Shown in pieces: positions 39,504-52,874 of a DNA stretch of 64,000 nucleotides. A program made the translations under genes and the position numbers. The DNA lies in NCBI GenBank assembly GCA_965113315.1, contig OZ220373.1. The stretch is one strand, 5' to 3'. This DNA is from Podarcis vaucheri. Its lineage: Eukaryota. The notes under the pieces are model-generated. The model saw nothing but the letters and a program-made list of their open reading frames with translations, did no database searches and was not told the origin of the DNA. How positions within the stretch are numbered: position 1 is the stretch's first letter; each line of letters begins with the position of its first letter.

Positions 39504-41649
39504 TAAGAACCAAATTGAAGCCTGCTGGAATTACAACCCATAAAATGCTGGCGTTTGGTGTCTTGGAGAGTGCAGTCTTAGACTTGTCTTTCTCTTCGGT
39601 GATCTGCTGCTTGTGAAATGAAACTAAATGAGAACTTACCAGGTTCTAGGATATAATGTCTGAGCCATTAAGTTCTGCTGCCATATGTAACAGGATAAAC
39701 TTCAAAGGTGAGAAACCAATTGGAAGAGTTTAGAAGTGTGTGGAGAACAGAAAATAAATCTGAAGAACTGGTGCTACTAAGATTAATAACAACAAAATAA
39801 GAAAGTCATATATTAAAAGGTAAAATATAAAATGCTGCACTCTGGAATGTATTAAGAATAGCGAGAGAACGTCATTGTAATATAAAATCATTCCATAACA
39901 ACTCTAATAATTAATTATGGAATACCTCTGCCCAAACCAGTCCTGTAGGCTGCAGTTCTGTATACACTTACTAAGTGGCAAGTGCCATTTAATTCAGTAG
40001 ACAGGCTTCTGAATAAAAGCATGCATGGTGCGTGCTTAAACCAAGTTAATATTTATTTTATTCTAATAAGTAATAATATTGGTTGTGGGCAGCTGAAATG
40101 GCAGAGAATAGAATCCACAGCTTGAAACCTAAGACTAAGGAGCTCAGATTATCTAGTTCAGTCTGTTGCATCTTACATGAATTTCCAGTACATGGATCTC
40201 TTCAGATATCTATCTAGGCTCATTTCCAAGCTTCCTTCCACGCAGCTTGAGTTTCAGTATCTGTCAGTCTCTTGTTGGATCTAGTTTACTGTTAAACTTT
40301 CCAGTGTTTTGCCATACTATTAAAATTGAACATTTTCAGTGCATTTAAAATGTATCAGATGCTTGCAGAACCTTGCAGTTTTTTCTGCACATAGTCATTT
40401 TCATTCGGTTGCATATAACTTAAGTTCTTCTCAGAGTAAACCCACTGCAATTAATGGACCTAATTAGTCATGCCGATTAATTTAAATGTATCTCCTAACA
40501 TATGATTTAACATTGGATGCAGCAAATAGTTTTTAAAAGAGCACTAGCCCCCTTTGGTAGAACCAGGTTTTTCCTTTTTTGTCACTAATTTTAAAAGGCT
40601 GCCATAGAATCAAAATTATGCTCAAAGAGGAAGAGAAGGCCCATGATCCATTCCTATGTTCATTTACCTGGATAAAGTCTTGCTGTGTTTAGCAAGACTT
40701 AGTCTTATGTAAGTATACGTAGGATTGAAGCCCGAGGATTCAGAAGTCTGATAGTGGAAAATCCAGTTTTCACTCCATCTATTTCAGAAACCTTCTAAAA
40801 TTCAAAACATATAAAATTCAACAATCAATTAATGATAAACCAACTGTTATTTTAACACTCTATATAAAGAAAAATCACGCAGAGCTGTTACATTAGTAAT
40901 TTATACATCATTTTAAATTTCCAGACTGGGACTAAGACACAATGAATGTTCAGGAAATGGTAAGCAAAACTGTCTCCCTTCTGAAAAACTCTGTGTTGGA
41001 CCATTATTATTTTCCCCATTTTATAAGATGGGGAACTGAGGCTGACTTAATGAAAGCCTTCCAGTGAGCAAGTTAGTAGATAACAGGTTGGCACTGCATT
41101 ATTTTTAATCCATTGGATCATAGTGCTTTCTATGATATTATAGTTAATCTGAAGCTGTGTGTGAATGCTAGTGAGTGACACACACACACACACACACACT
41201 ATATGATATAAGGGAGAGGAACTTTAGGGCAATGTCCTATCCACTAAACCATAGTACCAGATTTTACATCTAAGCTAAAAAGCTTTCAGAATTCTGCCAA
41301 ACGCTAAAGAGTAAACCAGTGTGGTGATTTCAAATCCCTATTTGGCTAGAAGCCTGTTTCTTGAAATGTGGCAGATTCAAAGGTGTATTATAGATCTGCT
41401 ACAACCTGTGCTATTTTTATAGAAAGAAGATGTTCCGGAACTCACCTGTGAGCTGAGTTCCCCTTTGGAAGCTACAGCAATGCTTCCAGAAGACTATATC
41501 TGTCCAGTTAGAACTTCTGCAGTGAATTACTGTAGTTTCCATATGTTCTTACACACTCTGAACATGGGGTGGGGTGGAGTATGGCGCAGCTTAGAGGTCA
41601 GATTGGTAAGACTCATCTGACCAGCATTATTTAAAATGGCTTATTGTTC

Positions 41650-41684
<35 letters not shown>

Positions 41685-42659
41685 ATGTACCTGCCCATTG
41701 GAAAGGAAAAACAGCACAGTCAAGTCTTGGCATGCAGTTCCATTCTGAAAATGAGTAATTGTGGTATGAAATGACATTAGCATTTAACTCCCCGTGTTGA
41801 GGTTTTTATACAGGTAAGGTGTTGAATAGAAAAAAGAAAAGCAGACTTTATAATCCCACAGGGAAGTCATGTTTTGCTTATAAGGGATAATGAATTCATT
41901 CATTGGAGAATAGGATGCTTGTTCTGCTTGCATTCTGTATTGTCAGCTGAATAATCGTCTAACAAACTATGCCCTCAGCCCTGCAATTTCATTTCTTTCC
42001 TAATATGTACCATAAAGCTGCTAACCTCTTCAGCAAATACACCTAGGTCGGGGAATGTCAGGTTGTACAAACACCATTTCCCACTTGTATCTTTCTTTTA
42101 AGTAGTATTGATATTTGATTAAAAAAGATATCTGAAATAATGCTGATGGATAGCACAGGTTTCTCTCCCAGATGTATTTTACAGACTGCTGAAGCAAGGC
42201 GTGGAGGGGAGAAAATGAAACACTTTGTCAATACAAGATGTGCTAAATAAACCAGCTAGAAAAAAAGAAAAGAAGAGAAAAAGATGGGGAGGGAGGATTA
42301 TGCTTAAGCAAAACCAACAAGTTTCTTTAAAGCAGAGATCTTGTGAGACAAGAGGGCTGAATCTACTGAGAACTTCTCTGATACCACCCCCAGTGAAATG
42401 TATAGGAAACATGCTGAAAGCACAGCTATGATCTTGTGCAGTTCCCATTCAGTTCAATGGCACTATGCTCAAGACATTGCTGTTTTGCTTAACAAACTGA
42501 GTATATCTAAGTGAGGAACGCATTCAGACAAGTTCACACAGCTATTGCTTCCAGCATGAGCTAACTTTTCCTTCTTGTTGCTGCCTTCTGTTTTGTCTCG
42601 TAGTGATTCCATGCATAGTCAGGGTTGTGGGCCAACCAATAGGTTTCTAAGTAATAATT

Positions 42660-42930
42660 GCTGTTTAGTTGTTTAGTCGTGTCCGACTCTTCATGACCCC
42701 ATGGACCAGAGCACGCCAGGCACTCCTGTCTTCCACTGCCTCCTGCAGTTTGGTCAAACTCATGTTAGTAACTACGAGAACACTGTCCAACCATCTTGTC
42801 CTCTGTCGCCCCCTTCTCCTTGTGCCCTCAATCTTTCCCAACATCAGGGTCTTTTCCAGGGAGTTTTCTCTTCTCATGAGGTGGCCAAAGTATTGGAGCC
42901 TCAGCTTCAGGATCTGTCCTTCCAGTGAGC
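42660..42930 (-). mobile_element. Bov-B LINE short 3' fragment
   Basis: Minus strand reads SLEGQILKLRLQYFGHLMRR..KSRTRLNN*. Confidence 0.93.
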
Positions 42931-43194
42931 CCAGGTTTGAAAACAAATCAGAAACTATTTACAGAACAAAGAGGTCTGATGGCATCCCACTAACATAAAA
43001 GTGTGTTTTATGTGAGAGTAGGAAAATGGATGGACTTAGTGGTGTGACTCCAACTTTATATGCAGGAAACACAGGACTGTATCCAACTAAATCATTGAAC
43101 AAAATGAAATGCCCCCCCCCGTCCCCCTAGTGCCTCCAAATCTGCTCTGAGGTTTTCCCCAAAACTTTGGAGCAGGTTTGGGGACAGGGGAGGA

Positions 43195-43565
43195 CCACAA
43201 TACCTCAAGGACCACCTCTTTCCATATGAACCTACCCAGAACCTGTGATCATCTTCTGAGGCCCCCCTCCTTGTACCTCCTCCTCAAGAGGTCCAGAGGG
43301 TAGTAACAGGAGAACAGGCCTTCTCTACAGTGGCTCCCCATCTATGGAATGCTATCCCCAGGGAATTTCGCCTGGTACCTTTATTTTACCCAGGCCTTGG
43401 GTTGATCTGATTTACATCCTATGCCCTTTTGAAATGTGTGGGGTTTTTTGTTGTTGAGGGAGGGTACTATTGGGTTGTTTTTATTTTTATTATGTATTTT
43501 GTGGTTTTATATCTTGATTTTATTCTGTGAACCACCCTGAGACTCCAGGTATAGGGTGGTGTGTG

Positions 43566-43599
<34 letters not shown>

Positions 43600-43600
43600 T
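43195..43600 (+). mobile_element. Degenerate L2 LINE 3' end with (AAT)n tail
   Basis: YLKDHL..; ..QAFSTVAPHLWNAIP.. L2 C-terminal motif; (AAT)n tail. Confidence 0.75.
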
Positions 43601-45188
43601 AGGAAGAGGAAGGGAAAGCTACATTGGGCATGCAGTGATTTAGGTGACTACGGCCTATAGACTTCAATATTAACGTGAAGAGCTATTTTATAATTGTATT
43701 TCAACCTTTAAGGGGTTTTTCTAATAATCCTGTACTAGAGCGAACACAGTTAGAAGAACTTCATAAGTCTCTAATTATGGTTCCTTTGTGAACTTTCTCT
43801 GGTGTCCACAAAGCCTCTAAGCCCAGGGGTGCCAACTTGAATAAAATATTGGAGGGGGAGGTAAGCCCTGCCTCACATGCACAGCATTTGAATGGCAATG
43901 TCCATCACCTTGAAGGAGCTGGCCCCCTCAAATATTTTAGGGGGGGTGGAGGGACCTTAGCCCCTAGGATTTGTCTCCTATACCTGAGCCTCCAATCTGC
44001 TCTGTAAAGCCACCTCTGCAGGTGTTATGCTAGTGTCAGATACATAATACGAACTGCTGCTTTTTCTATGTGCATACCATTCAATGGCAAGCATGACTCT
44101 TGAGGTCAAATTATGGGGTGTTCAAATCCCAATATATTCTGCTTCAGCTATCTAGCCAATAAGAGTTGTGATAAACAACCGGCAATAAAATCCAGGGCCG
44201 TTTCCTTAGCTGTTTTTGTTCTGTAAAAGTACAGTTCTATTTAAACACGAAAGTCAGCAGTTGCAACTCTGAATGCAGGCGGAATGGGTCTGTTATATAA
44301 GGAAGTGTCATTTCTGCAGCGATGTTTTTGCAGAGTAGAGGTGTGCTTTAATTTCTCACCACCCAGGGACAGCAAAATGTTTATGTAAAAGGACTTCTGC
44401 TTCCTCCCCTGCTTTATAATAACTGCTTGCCTGTAGCTCCATAGGGAAGCTGGAGATTGGTTCTAACTGGGGTGGGGGTGGGGATAACGCTCCAGATTTA
44501 ATCCTGACCATAAGAAGGTAGATCACAAGGTGTATGGTTGCAGAATGTGTTTTCCTGAGATAAGAAACACAAACCATTTGGTAATCTGAAACATTCAAGG
44601 CTCAGCTTGGTCAGCTGAAGAAATGCAGATGGAAACATGTCCAGAGATTTGCCTTACAGTGGACACTGACTTAAATGTCTTTTAGAATATAAGGTTATTG
44701 TCATTTTGCATTAATGAACCCTCCGTGGACCCAAGCCTAGACTGAGTATAGAAGCAGGAGCATCGGAACAATGAAAAATACACAATAAAGTATTATTAAT
44801 ATATACAGTAATATATTTATTATTTTGAAGTAAGACTCAGAATAAGCAATTTTCCTGTGTGCCTTGGATACATCTATTTATGCCTGTGTTTATTTCTTTA
44901 TTTTCTGACATTTGTACCCAACCTTTCTTCCATCATGAACCCCAAGACACCATATATATTATTTATATCAATAGCTCATTTTTTCCAAAGAATGTACCCT
45001 GTGCTATTCAGAGACATTAAAAACTGATATAAAAGCAACCTAAAATACAATAATATGCATAAAAGAGCAATTCCAACTCAAATTCACTGCACTAAAATAA
45101 TATGTGGAGAGTTAAGCTACAAAGGCATGGCTAAATAAAAATGTTTTTACCTGGCACTTAAAAGCAGATAAGGGCAGATGGAGCAAAG

Positions 45189-45282
45189 CAGAGCTGGCTC
45201 AAGACATTTTGACACCTGAAGCCAGTCACAAAATGGCGACTCCCCAGCCAGGGAAGATGGGGTGATTGAAGATCTACATCAG

Positions 45283-45329
<47 letters not shown>

Positions 45330-45657
45330 ATAAGGAACAAATGGGAAGGGAAGATCTACATTGGGAACAAGGGGGAGAATCGAAGCAACCTTACCTGATG
45401 GTTTAAGTGAGAATCAAATTCTGTTGGGATGGGGCGCATGCTCTGAATCACGCTGGATGTATGCAAAGCCCAGGAGACTCCAGAGGGCAGACCCTGCCAT
45501 TTCTTCCCTAGGGGTTAGAGTGCCTCTCCAGGGTCTGGCTATGATGTTTCTGGTATTCACCAGGACACTGCTGTAGAAGCTGCGTTGTAGGGGCTGCTGA
45601 GGAGATAGCAGATCCTGCTGTGGCAGCAGCAGCGGGTGATGCATTCCTTGGAGGCCA

Positions 45658-45690
<33 letters not shown>

Positions 45691-46108
45691 TTTATTATTT
45701 GTACCCCGCCCATCTGGCTGGGTCTCCCCAGCCACTCTAGGCAGCTTCCAACAAAGACCAAAAATACACTAAAATGTCACACATTAAAAGCTTCCCTGAA
45801 CAGGACTGCCTTCAGATGTCTTCTGAATGTCAGGTAGTTGTTTATGTCTTTGACATCTGATGGGAGGGCGTTCCACAGGGCGGGTGCCACTACCGAGAAG
45901 GCCCTCTGCCTGGTTCCCTGTAGCTTTGCTTCTCGCAATGAGGGAACCGCCAGAAGGCCCTCAGCGCTGGACCTCAGTGTCCGGGCAGAACGATGGTGGT
46001 GGAGACGCTCCTTCAGGTATACTGGGCCGAGGCCGAGGATCTGCTGCTCCTATGGATCCTGCCACCTGAGGCATTGCTACACCTTGCCTCATGGGTGGGC
46101 TGGCTCTG
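45189..46108. mobile_element. Old hAT-like DNA element carrying a nested L2 insertion
   Basis: Both ends read CAGAGC(T/C).GC inward. Degenerate 8-bp TSD GAGCAAAG/GAGCAGAA. Both termini are homologous to 54618-55103. Confidence 0.6.
45658..46034 (-). mobile_element. Young L2-clade LINE 3' end
   Basis: Minus-strand open frame GLGPVYLKERL..RQRAFSVVAPALWNALPSDV..FRRHLKAVLFREAFNV*, followed by a 3' UTR and (ATT)n tail. Confidence 0.88.
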
Positions 46109-46336
46109 GAGCAGAACATTCTTCAAATGGGCAGTCACCCTCCACACCTTCCTCAGAGTCAGGGCATTTTTCCCAGCCAGAACTCCCTTCCATCACCTCT
46201 CAGATGGGTGCCTTTGCCATTATAAGAGAACATGGTGAGTTCTGGTGCTTCTTTGAGCTATTTTTCTATAAAAAGAAGAAAAAAAGAGGACATACACAGA
46301 GTAGGGCCTCAGATGATGAACAAAGGGTACCAGGAG

Positions 46337-47138
46337 TTGCTCCAAAATCGAACTCCAACTCTTTTGGACAGCAATCATATAAGAAATATGCAAAATAACT
46401 AAAGTATTAGAAGTCACCCCAGAACTGGTCCTACTAAACATCTTCCAAGATAATAACACCCACTCACACCATAAAGAGCTCATAACCCACCTACTCTTGG
46501 CAGCCAGAAACATCATAGCTAGACACTAGGGAGATCTGTCAGGAGTAAGCATGGACCAATGGTACCAAATAGTATGGGAAACAGCCTTATTAGGAAAAAC
46601 TAACCAATAAACTGAAACTGACACAGGGCCAAATAGAAGAAGACGCCTTCACCCTGGTTTGGTTCCCCTTTATCACATACACAGCCCAACAAGACAACGT
46701 AAGAATCCGCCAACAGCATACGAATCAATCTGGCTAACCTGATTCAAAAACACACACACACACAAACAACTCTCACTACAGCCAACCAACTCTCTCGCCA
46801 CCAAGGAAATACAACGAGTGAATAGTAAGAGAACCCATATAAGTAACGCTGACACAACGCCCCCCCCCCCAAGTAGAAGAATAGAAGCATAATCACCCCA
46901 CCCCACTCACCATTCCTCCTCCCCCTCTTCCCCCTTTTCTTTCTTTCTTCTTAATTGTTTAAACCAATTCATGAACCAGGAACCTGTACATTGACCACTA
47001 AAAATGAAACATATGTTGTAGATACTTTCCCACATTTATTATGCTATTTTTGTGATATACAAATGACATGAGAAAACTTGGTATACTTGTTTGTATAACA
47101 TTATTCTTGTTTGTAAAACCCAAAAAAGGGAAAAAAAG
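46337..47138 (+). mobile_element. L1 LINE 3' end (ORF2 C-terminus, 3' UTR, A-rich tail)
   Basis: ..LFWTAII*EICKIT..LLLAARNIIARH*..DQWYQIVWE..VWFPFITY; 15-bp TSD AAAG(G/A)GTACCAGGAG (46322-46336, 47139-47153). Confidence 0.85.
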
Positions 47139-47169
47139 AAAGAGTACCAGGAGGCAAATGTTTCCTAGG

Positions 47170-47215
47170 GGGTTTCCTATCCAGGCACTGACTAGACCCA
47201 GACCTACTTAGGTTT
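47170..47215 (-). repeat. Diverged 5S rRNA-like fragment (probably a 5S-derived repeat relic, not a gene)
   Basis: Resembles the reverse complement of the 5S internal promoter region AAGCTAAGCAGGGTCGGGCCTGGTTAGTACTTGGATGGGAGACC, with many substitutions. Confidence 0.35.
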
Positions 47216-48720
47216 AGCAAGGTGATACCTTCACGTGACCATGGGGCAGACGTGTCACATATAAAGCCTTAAATTAAAATGTTAAGTACTATTGTTTAGC
47301 AAAAGAGCATAATTCACTTCAGCTCCATTTGCAGCGCTCCCGCTATTATCAAAAGGGCTTTAACAGGAGAAAAAAACAAAACTAAGAAGATTGTGCCTTT
47401 TTGCTTTACATCTGTATGCCTCAAGTAAATGGTTGATGGACCATGAGAATCCTACATGAATGATGAATTACTAGCTCTGAAACCAACAACTTGTTAGCAA
47501 TCACTCCTGTTCCTAAACTCAAAAATGACTGCCTTTGTGTTTGCCGATTTAATGACTATCCTTCTTGTGAGCACAGTCTGTTGTGCTTTTCCATACACTA
47601 TATCACCAAAGCAGAATGGTTATATATAGCACATATGTGGGCGAAAATACCAAGTGTGTGGCGTGGGACACATTTTCTTCTGAGAAACTGCAGTATAGCT
47701 GTATCAGCGTCAAAAAATTCAGGCACAATATTTACTTATTAGCTGATGCTTCATCTATGTGCATATGTGTATGTTTGGATATAATTAAGTGTTTAAAAAG
47801 AAACAAAACTAAATAGCCGCTATTAATAATGGTTCATTGGAATAACATCCTTGAATACCCAGTTCTTTGTCCAGAAATAGAAACTGAGGTAAATTTGCCA
47901 CTTATTACCACAGAGCAGCATGACACCCCTTCATTCCAAATTTCAAGCTGCCTATCCACTCAGCAGGAAAGAGATTCATTTTAAATTAAACATGCCGGGA
48001 AGTGGACTTCAAAGGGAACAAGGCAAAATTGTTGCTTTCACGCTGGAAATTCTCAGAAATGTCTGCACCAGTGGTCTTTGGCCCCCTATATTTCTTGCAA
48101 AAATTAATTGCTCCTCTTACTTAGCCAGAGCAATTAACTCACAATAAAGGACCCTCGCAGAGAGTTCTCTTGAAGAGGTGAAATAACTGTCTAAGTGCTG
48201 GCTCCAAACTATGTCCGAGAAGACAAAATAGGGTAGCAGGCAGGGTGAAGCTTAGCAAAACAAACACCCTGTGTTTTTAAAGAGCCAGCTGCCCTTGAAG
48301 GATGCAACAACCTGCAGTGTTGTGGAAACTGTGGATTATACAATGGACAAGAGACGCATGGCCTGTCTCAACATGCCTCTATTAGCTCTAATTAATGTTG
48401 TTGCTACAGAACTGCCCACTACTACCACTATATTCATGCTTATAATTAGATGAGGAGCACACATTCCCCCCCAAGAGTTTTTAAGTACAAGAGATTGGCT
48501 TCATTCAGTCAATTGGCTGACATCTTTTGTTCTTTTTCAAGCTTTTCTTAGAAAGCAAACACACTTTCTCTCACACACCATAATTTTAAACGGCAAAAGG
48601 CAGATAGCTGCTAGAGTTGACTGCACTGAAAGTGCCAGTATAGTCTCAATGAAATAATAATAATAAACCATTGAGTCTTGTTTTCGGATCAGGATCCAAG
48701 TCATTGATTTAAAATGAATA

Positions 48721-49017
48721 CAGTGGTGCCTCGCAAGACGAAATTAATCCGTTCCGCGAGTCTCTTCGTCTTGCGATTTTTTCGTCTTGCGAAGCACGGC
48801 TATTAGCGGCTAAGCGGCTATTAGCGGCTTAGCGGCTATTAACGGCTTAGCGGCTTTAAGAAAAAGGAAACAAACTCGCAAGAACTCGCAAGACGTTTCG
48901 TCTTGCGAAGCAAGCCCATAGGGAAATTCGTCTTGCGGAACTACTCAAAAAACGGAAAACTCTTTCGTCTTGCGCGTTTTTCATCTTGCGAGGCATTTGT
49001 CTTGCGAGGTACCACTG
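48721..49017. mobile_element. Tigger/pogo-like MITE (relative of 5061-5945) with internal (TAGCGGCT)-type tandem repeats
   Basis: TIRs CAGTGGTGCCTCGCAAGAC..GTCTTGCGAGGTACCACTG. Confidence 0.87.
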
Positions 49018-49283
49018 TGTACCATTCTACTAATTTTCTAGGTTGTGAATACTACAAAGGTAGAGCTCTTCCTTGCCACTGAAAGGATTATGATTTCCTT
49101 TCAGTTGCTTCAGATGTATGAAATACAACAGAGCAGAACTGTAGAATATCACGTAAGGGAGGGGGAATTTTTCAGCTTGAGGGCCACATTCCCTTGTGGA
49201 GAACCTTCTGAGGGCCAGATTCAAAAGTGGGCAGGGCCAAAGCTAAAAGCGGGTGGAGCAATGGATTTGACTGATCGACTATA

Positions 49284-49527
49284 CAGTGGTATCTGTGGAT
49301 GCGAACGGGATCTGTTCCGGAGCCCCGTTCACATCCTGAAGTGATTGCAACTCACGTCCGCGCATCGCGATTTGCCGCTTCCGTGCATGTGCGTGATGTC
49401 ATTTTTAGCGTCTGCGCATGCGTGAGTGGTGAAACCCGGAAGTAACACGCTCTGTTACTTCTGGGTCACCGCAGAGTGAAACCCGAAAATACTCATCCTG
49501 AAGCTACTTCAACCCGAGGTATGACTG
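49284..49527. mobile_element. Tc1/mariner-pogo MITE, family B
   Basis: TA-flanked CAGTGGTA..GGTATGACTG; inverted homolog at 53708-53953. Confidence 0.8.
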
Positions 49528-49699
49528 TATTCCATACAAAAACCAGAGGTTTCTGTACACATGCAGACATATCACTGTCTAGGCAAGCAAGCAATATTCA
49601 AGAACATATTGCAACCAGGTAAAAGTGCTTGAGGGCATGGAGCAGGGCTGAAGAGGGGTGTGATCTACTGAGAAGTTGGGGCCTAGGAAGAGCCCCAGG

Positions 49700-49740
<41 letters not shown>

Positions 49741-50095
49741 TAGAAGGTCCCACTTGGTCTCACAGACCCTCCAAGTGTCTCTGTTTTCCAGGGACATCCC
49801 TGATTTAGAGAACCCATCCCAGTTTCTGATTTGATCCAGGAATGTCCCATTTATCCTTAGGATGTCCCTATTTTCATTGGAGAAATGTTGGAGGGTATGG
49901 AGTTATCCGCCTCCCCAAACTGCCTGAAGGCAATCTTGTATAAGGAAGGTTCTTTTTTAAAAAAAGTTAATGTTTTATTATGTCTTTATATATGTTGGAA
50001 GCTGCACCCACCCATCCTGATTATGTCCCTTTAATGGCTGCATGAGAAACAACATGTGTTGCTTTTCCTATTAGCATATCTCTGTTCTGGAAAAA

Positions 50096-50433
50096 GGGAC
50101 ACGGGTGGCGCTGTGGGTTAAACCACAGAGCCTAGGGCTTGCTGATCAGAAGGTCAGCGGTTCGAATCCTCGCGACGGGGTGAGCTCCCGTTGTTCGGTC
50201 CCTGCTCCTGCCAACCTAGCAGTTTGAAAGCACGTCAAAGTGCAAGTAGATAAATAGGTACTGCTCCTGCGGGAAGGTAAGCAGCGTTTCTGTGCGTTGC
50301 TCTGGTTTGCCAGAAGCGGCATAGTCATGCTGGCCACATGACCCAGAAGCTGTACGCCGGCTCCCTCGGCCAATAAAGCGAGATGAGCGCCACGACTGGA
50401 CCTAATGGTCAGGGGTCCCCTTTACCCTTTACC
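50096..50433 (+). mobile_element. Sauria (Squam1) SINE
   Basis: TSD CTGGAAAAAG (50087-50096, 50434-50443). Confidence 0.92.
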
Positions 50434-51266
50434 CTGGAAAAAGCTTCACCTGTTGAGTCCTGTGACCTGTTTCTGGAAAAGGCATCAGCGGTTGAAGATG
50501 ACACACATGCAATGGTTTGTTATTTATTTCTTTAAAATAATTTTGACAGTGTTTTGTATTGTCCAGAAAATATATCTTAAACAGTTTACGGCCTGTGTAT
50601 AATACGTGTGTGTGTTTCTGTTCGCATGCCCTCCGATTATATTTGAAAGGAATAATGACTTATTCTGATAATTACCTCGCATGACATTTTTATAAGCTTA
50701 AAATTGGTCAGGTGATTTTCCTTTGTGACTAATATGTGGGCTTGCTTAGAATGATGGCATCTATGCAACAGCTTCCTTCCATAAGAAGCTCATAATTCTG
50801 TCAACGAGGGTGCCAACTGTAAGCAGTACACATGAGTAATGAATATATTTTTAAAAAATAAATTGTGGACACAGAGAGGAGGCACATGGAAAAAGCTAAG
50901 CAAAAAGAAGTTGCTGGTGAAAAGCTGGGAAGGAGAGAAATCTTAAGATGCTAATTAGCCATTCTGTTGTCACATTTGTATTATCCCTTCCATTGTTGGG
51001 TTTGCTAAGTAAGCTGCACAGTAGCTATATGGGAAAGACTTTTGAATGTGGGCGAGTGTGAAAGGCAGGTGTGGTCCTCCTGCATCTTTAATTGGCCTCT
51101 TAAAAGATTTGCAGCTTTCAGAACTCGAAGGGATAAGATACACACACACATTTATAAGTACCCACTTTTAAACTCTTACTCTGATTAACGGGGTATTGTG
51201 TACTTGGTGCCACATGCCAGCCCTGTATCTTCCCATGACATCACCAAGTTCTCATTTAGGTTGGAT

Positions 51267-51763
51267 TAAGGTTACCAGAGGGACACGGGTGGCGCTGTGG
51301 GTTAAACCACAGAGCCTAGGGCTTGCCAATCAGAAGGTCAGCGGTTCGAATCCCCGCAACGGGGTGAGCTCCCGTTGCTCGGTCCCTGCTCCTGCCAACC
51401 TAGCAGTTCGAAAGCACGTCAAAGTGCAAGTAGATAAATAGGTACTGCTCCGGCGGGAAGGTAAACGGCGTTTCTGTGCACTGCTCTGGTACGCGAGAAG
51501 CGGCTTAGTCATGCTGGCCAAATGACCTGGAAGCTGTCTGTGGACAAATGCCAGCTCCCTTGGCCTATAGAGTGAGATGAGCGTGCAACCCCAGAGTCGG
51601 TCACGACTGGACCTAATGGTCAGGGGCCCCTTTACCTTTAAGGTTACCAGATTTTTTTCAATGAATCCGGGGACACTTCCCACTAAATAGATGGATTTTG
51701 TCAGGGAACTGATTTGTAAATCCGGGGACTGTCGCTGGGAAACAGGGACTTCTGGTAACCTTA
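51267..51763. mobile_element. hAT MITE (host of the 51280 SINE)
   Basis: 13-bp TIR TAAGGTTACCAGA..TCTGGTAACCTTA; 8-bp TSD GG(T/C)TGGAT (51259-51266, 51764-51771). Confidence 0.85.
51280..51637 (+). mobile_element. Sauria (Squam1) SINE inserted at the TIR of a hAT MITE
   Basis: 14-bp TSD TTAAGGTTACCAGA (51266-51279, 51638-51651). Confidence 0.92.
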
Positions 51764-52746
51764 GGCTGGATTGGATCCCGTCACCTTCACATAAAAACCC
51801 CCAAAGCGGAACATGGACTTAGGCCCCCAGATGTAGGAAAGGTGAGGGCCCTGGTACATTAAGATGCAAGGCACCACCTCTGGGAAACACAACAGCACCG
51901 ATTTCCCAAGATAACCACCAAATAGCATTTTCGGCTTGTCCTAGTTGAGCAATGTGATGACTATGAAACACGAGGTTGAGATAAGAACCTGAAGTACACA
52001 CTTCCTTTCCTGTGCCCTTCTGCATCTTAGAAGTGCTGGTTCAAACTGACTAAAAGCCTGCATGCATCCCACTTTGCACATCTTGTTTCTACTTGGGCAA
52101 GAATGGAGAACACAAAGAATCGAGAAATAAACTTACAGCATCTAATACTTCATTCTTGAGTAGAAACAACTGGAAGCCGGGTGGTTGATTCTTCCCAGCA
52201 AACTAAAGGAAAACTGAAGAGCAACTCTAGTTGATGATCTGTTATGGGTCTGAGAGTAGTTCCCCTCATTATCCTCCTCCCCATCTTCATCCCTTTCTTT
52301 CTCTCTCTCTCTCTCCTGGGGGTCTGGGAGTCCAGAAGCCTTTGCCTCTAAAAGAGAAAGGGGTTGTGTATCAGGAGTCTGTGCTGTACAGCTTCAAAAG
52401 ACCTGCTTTTGGTGAGGTGAGATACCAGCAGCTGCAGTTTTAGCACCTGCTGTTTCCTAAGCGATGCCTGGATTGAGAGAGGAAGATAGCGCTTGATTCT
52501 GTTAATTCACCTTTGCTGCGCACATATTTATGGCTTGGTGACACAACTGCAATATGTGTCATTCTTGATCACAGTTAGCTTCTGACATTGCATTAGCTTT
52601 TGTGCCGTGCGCCGAGGTAATTTAATTGAACTGGGAAGTGAGAGCAAGAGCATCGCTCAGCTCCATTCGCTCTCCTCCTTATTTCCCCCTCATTGCTCTC
52701 AGCCTCAAAGAGGAACCCTCAGAGGATGCAAAAGTTTTTAACAGGA

Positions 52747-52874
52747 NNNNNNNNNNNNNNNNNNNNNNNNNNNNNNNNNNNNNNNNNNNNNNNNNNNNNN
52801 NNNNNNNNNNNNNNNNNNNNNNNNNNNNNNNNNNNNNNNNNNNNNNNNNNNNNNNNNNNNNNNNNNNNNNNNNN
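52747..52874. other. Assembly gap (128 N)
   Basis: Run of N. Confidence 1.

Noticed and set aside
48721-49017. Regularly recurring TTCGTCTTGCGA motifs superficially like a CRISPR or iteron array
   Set aside because: They lie within TA-flanked TIRs, occur in both orientations with irregular spacing and recur in three related MITEs. They are subterminal transposon repeats in a eukaryote.
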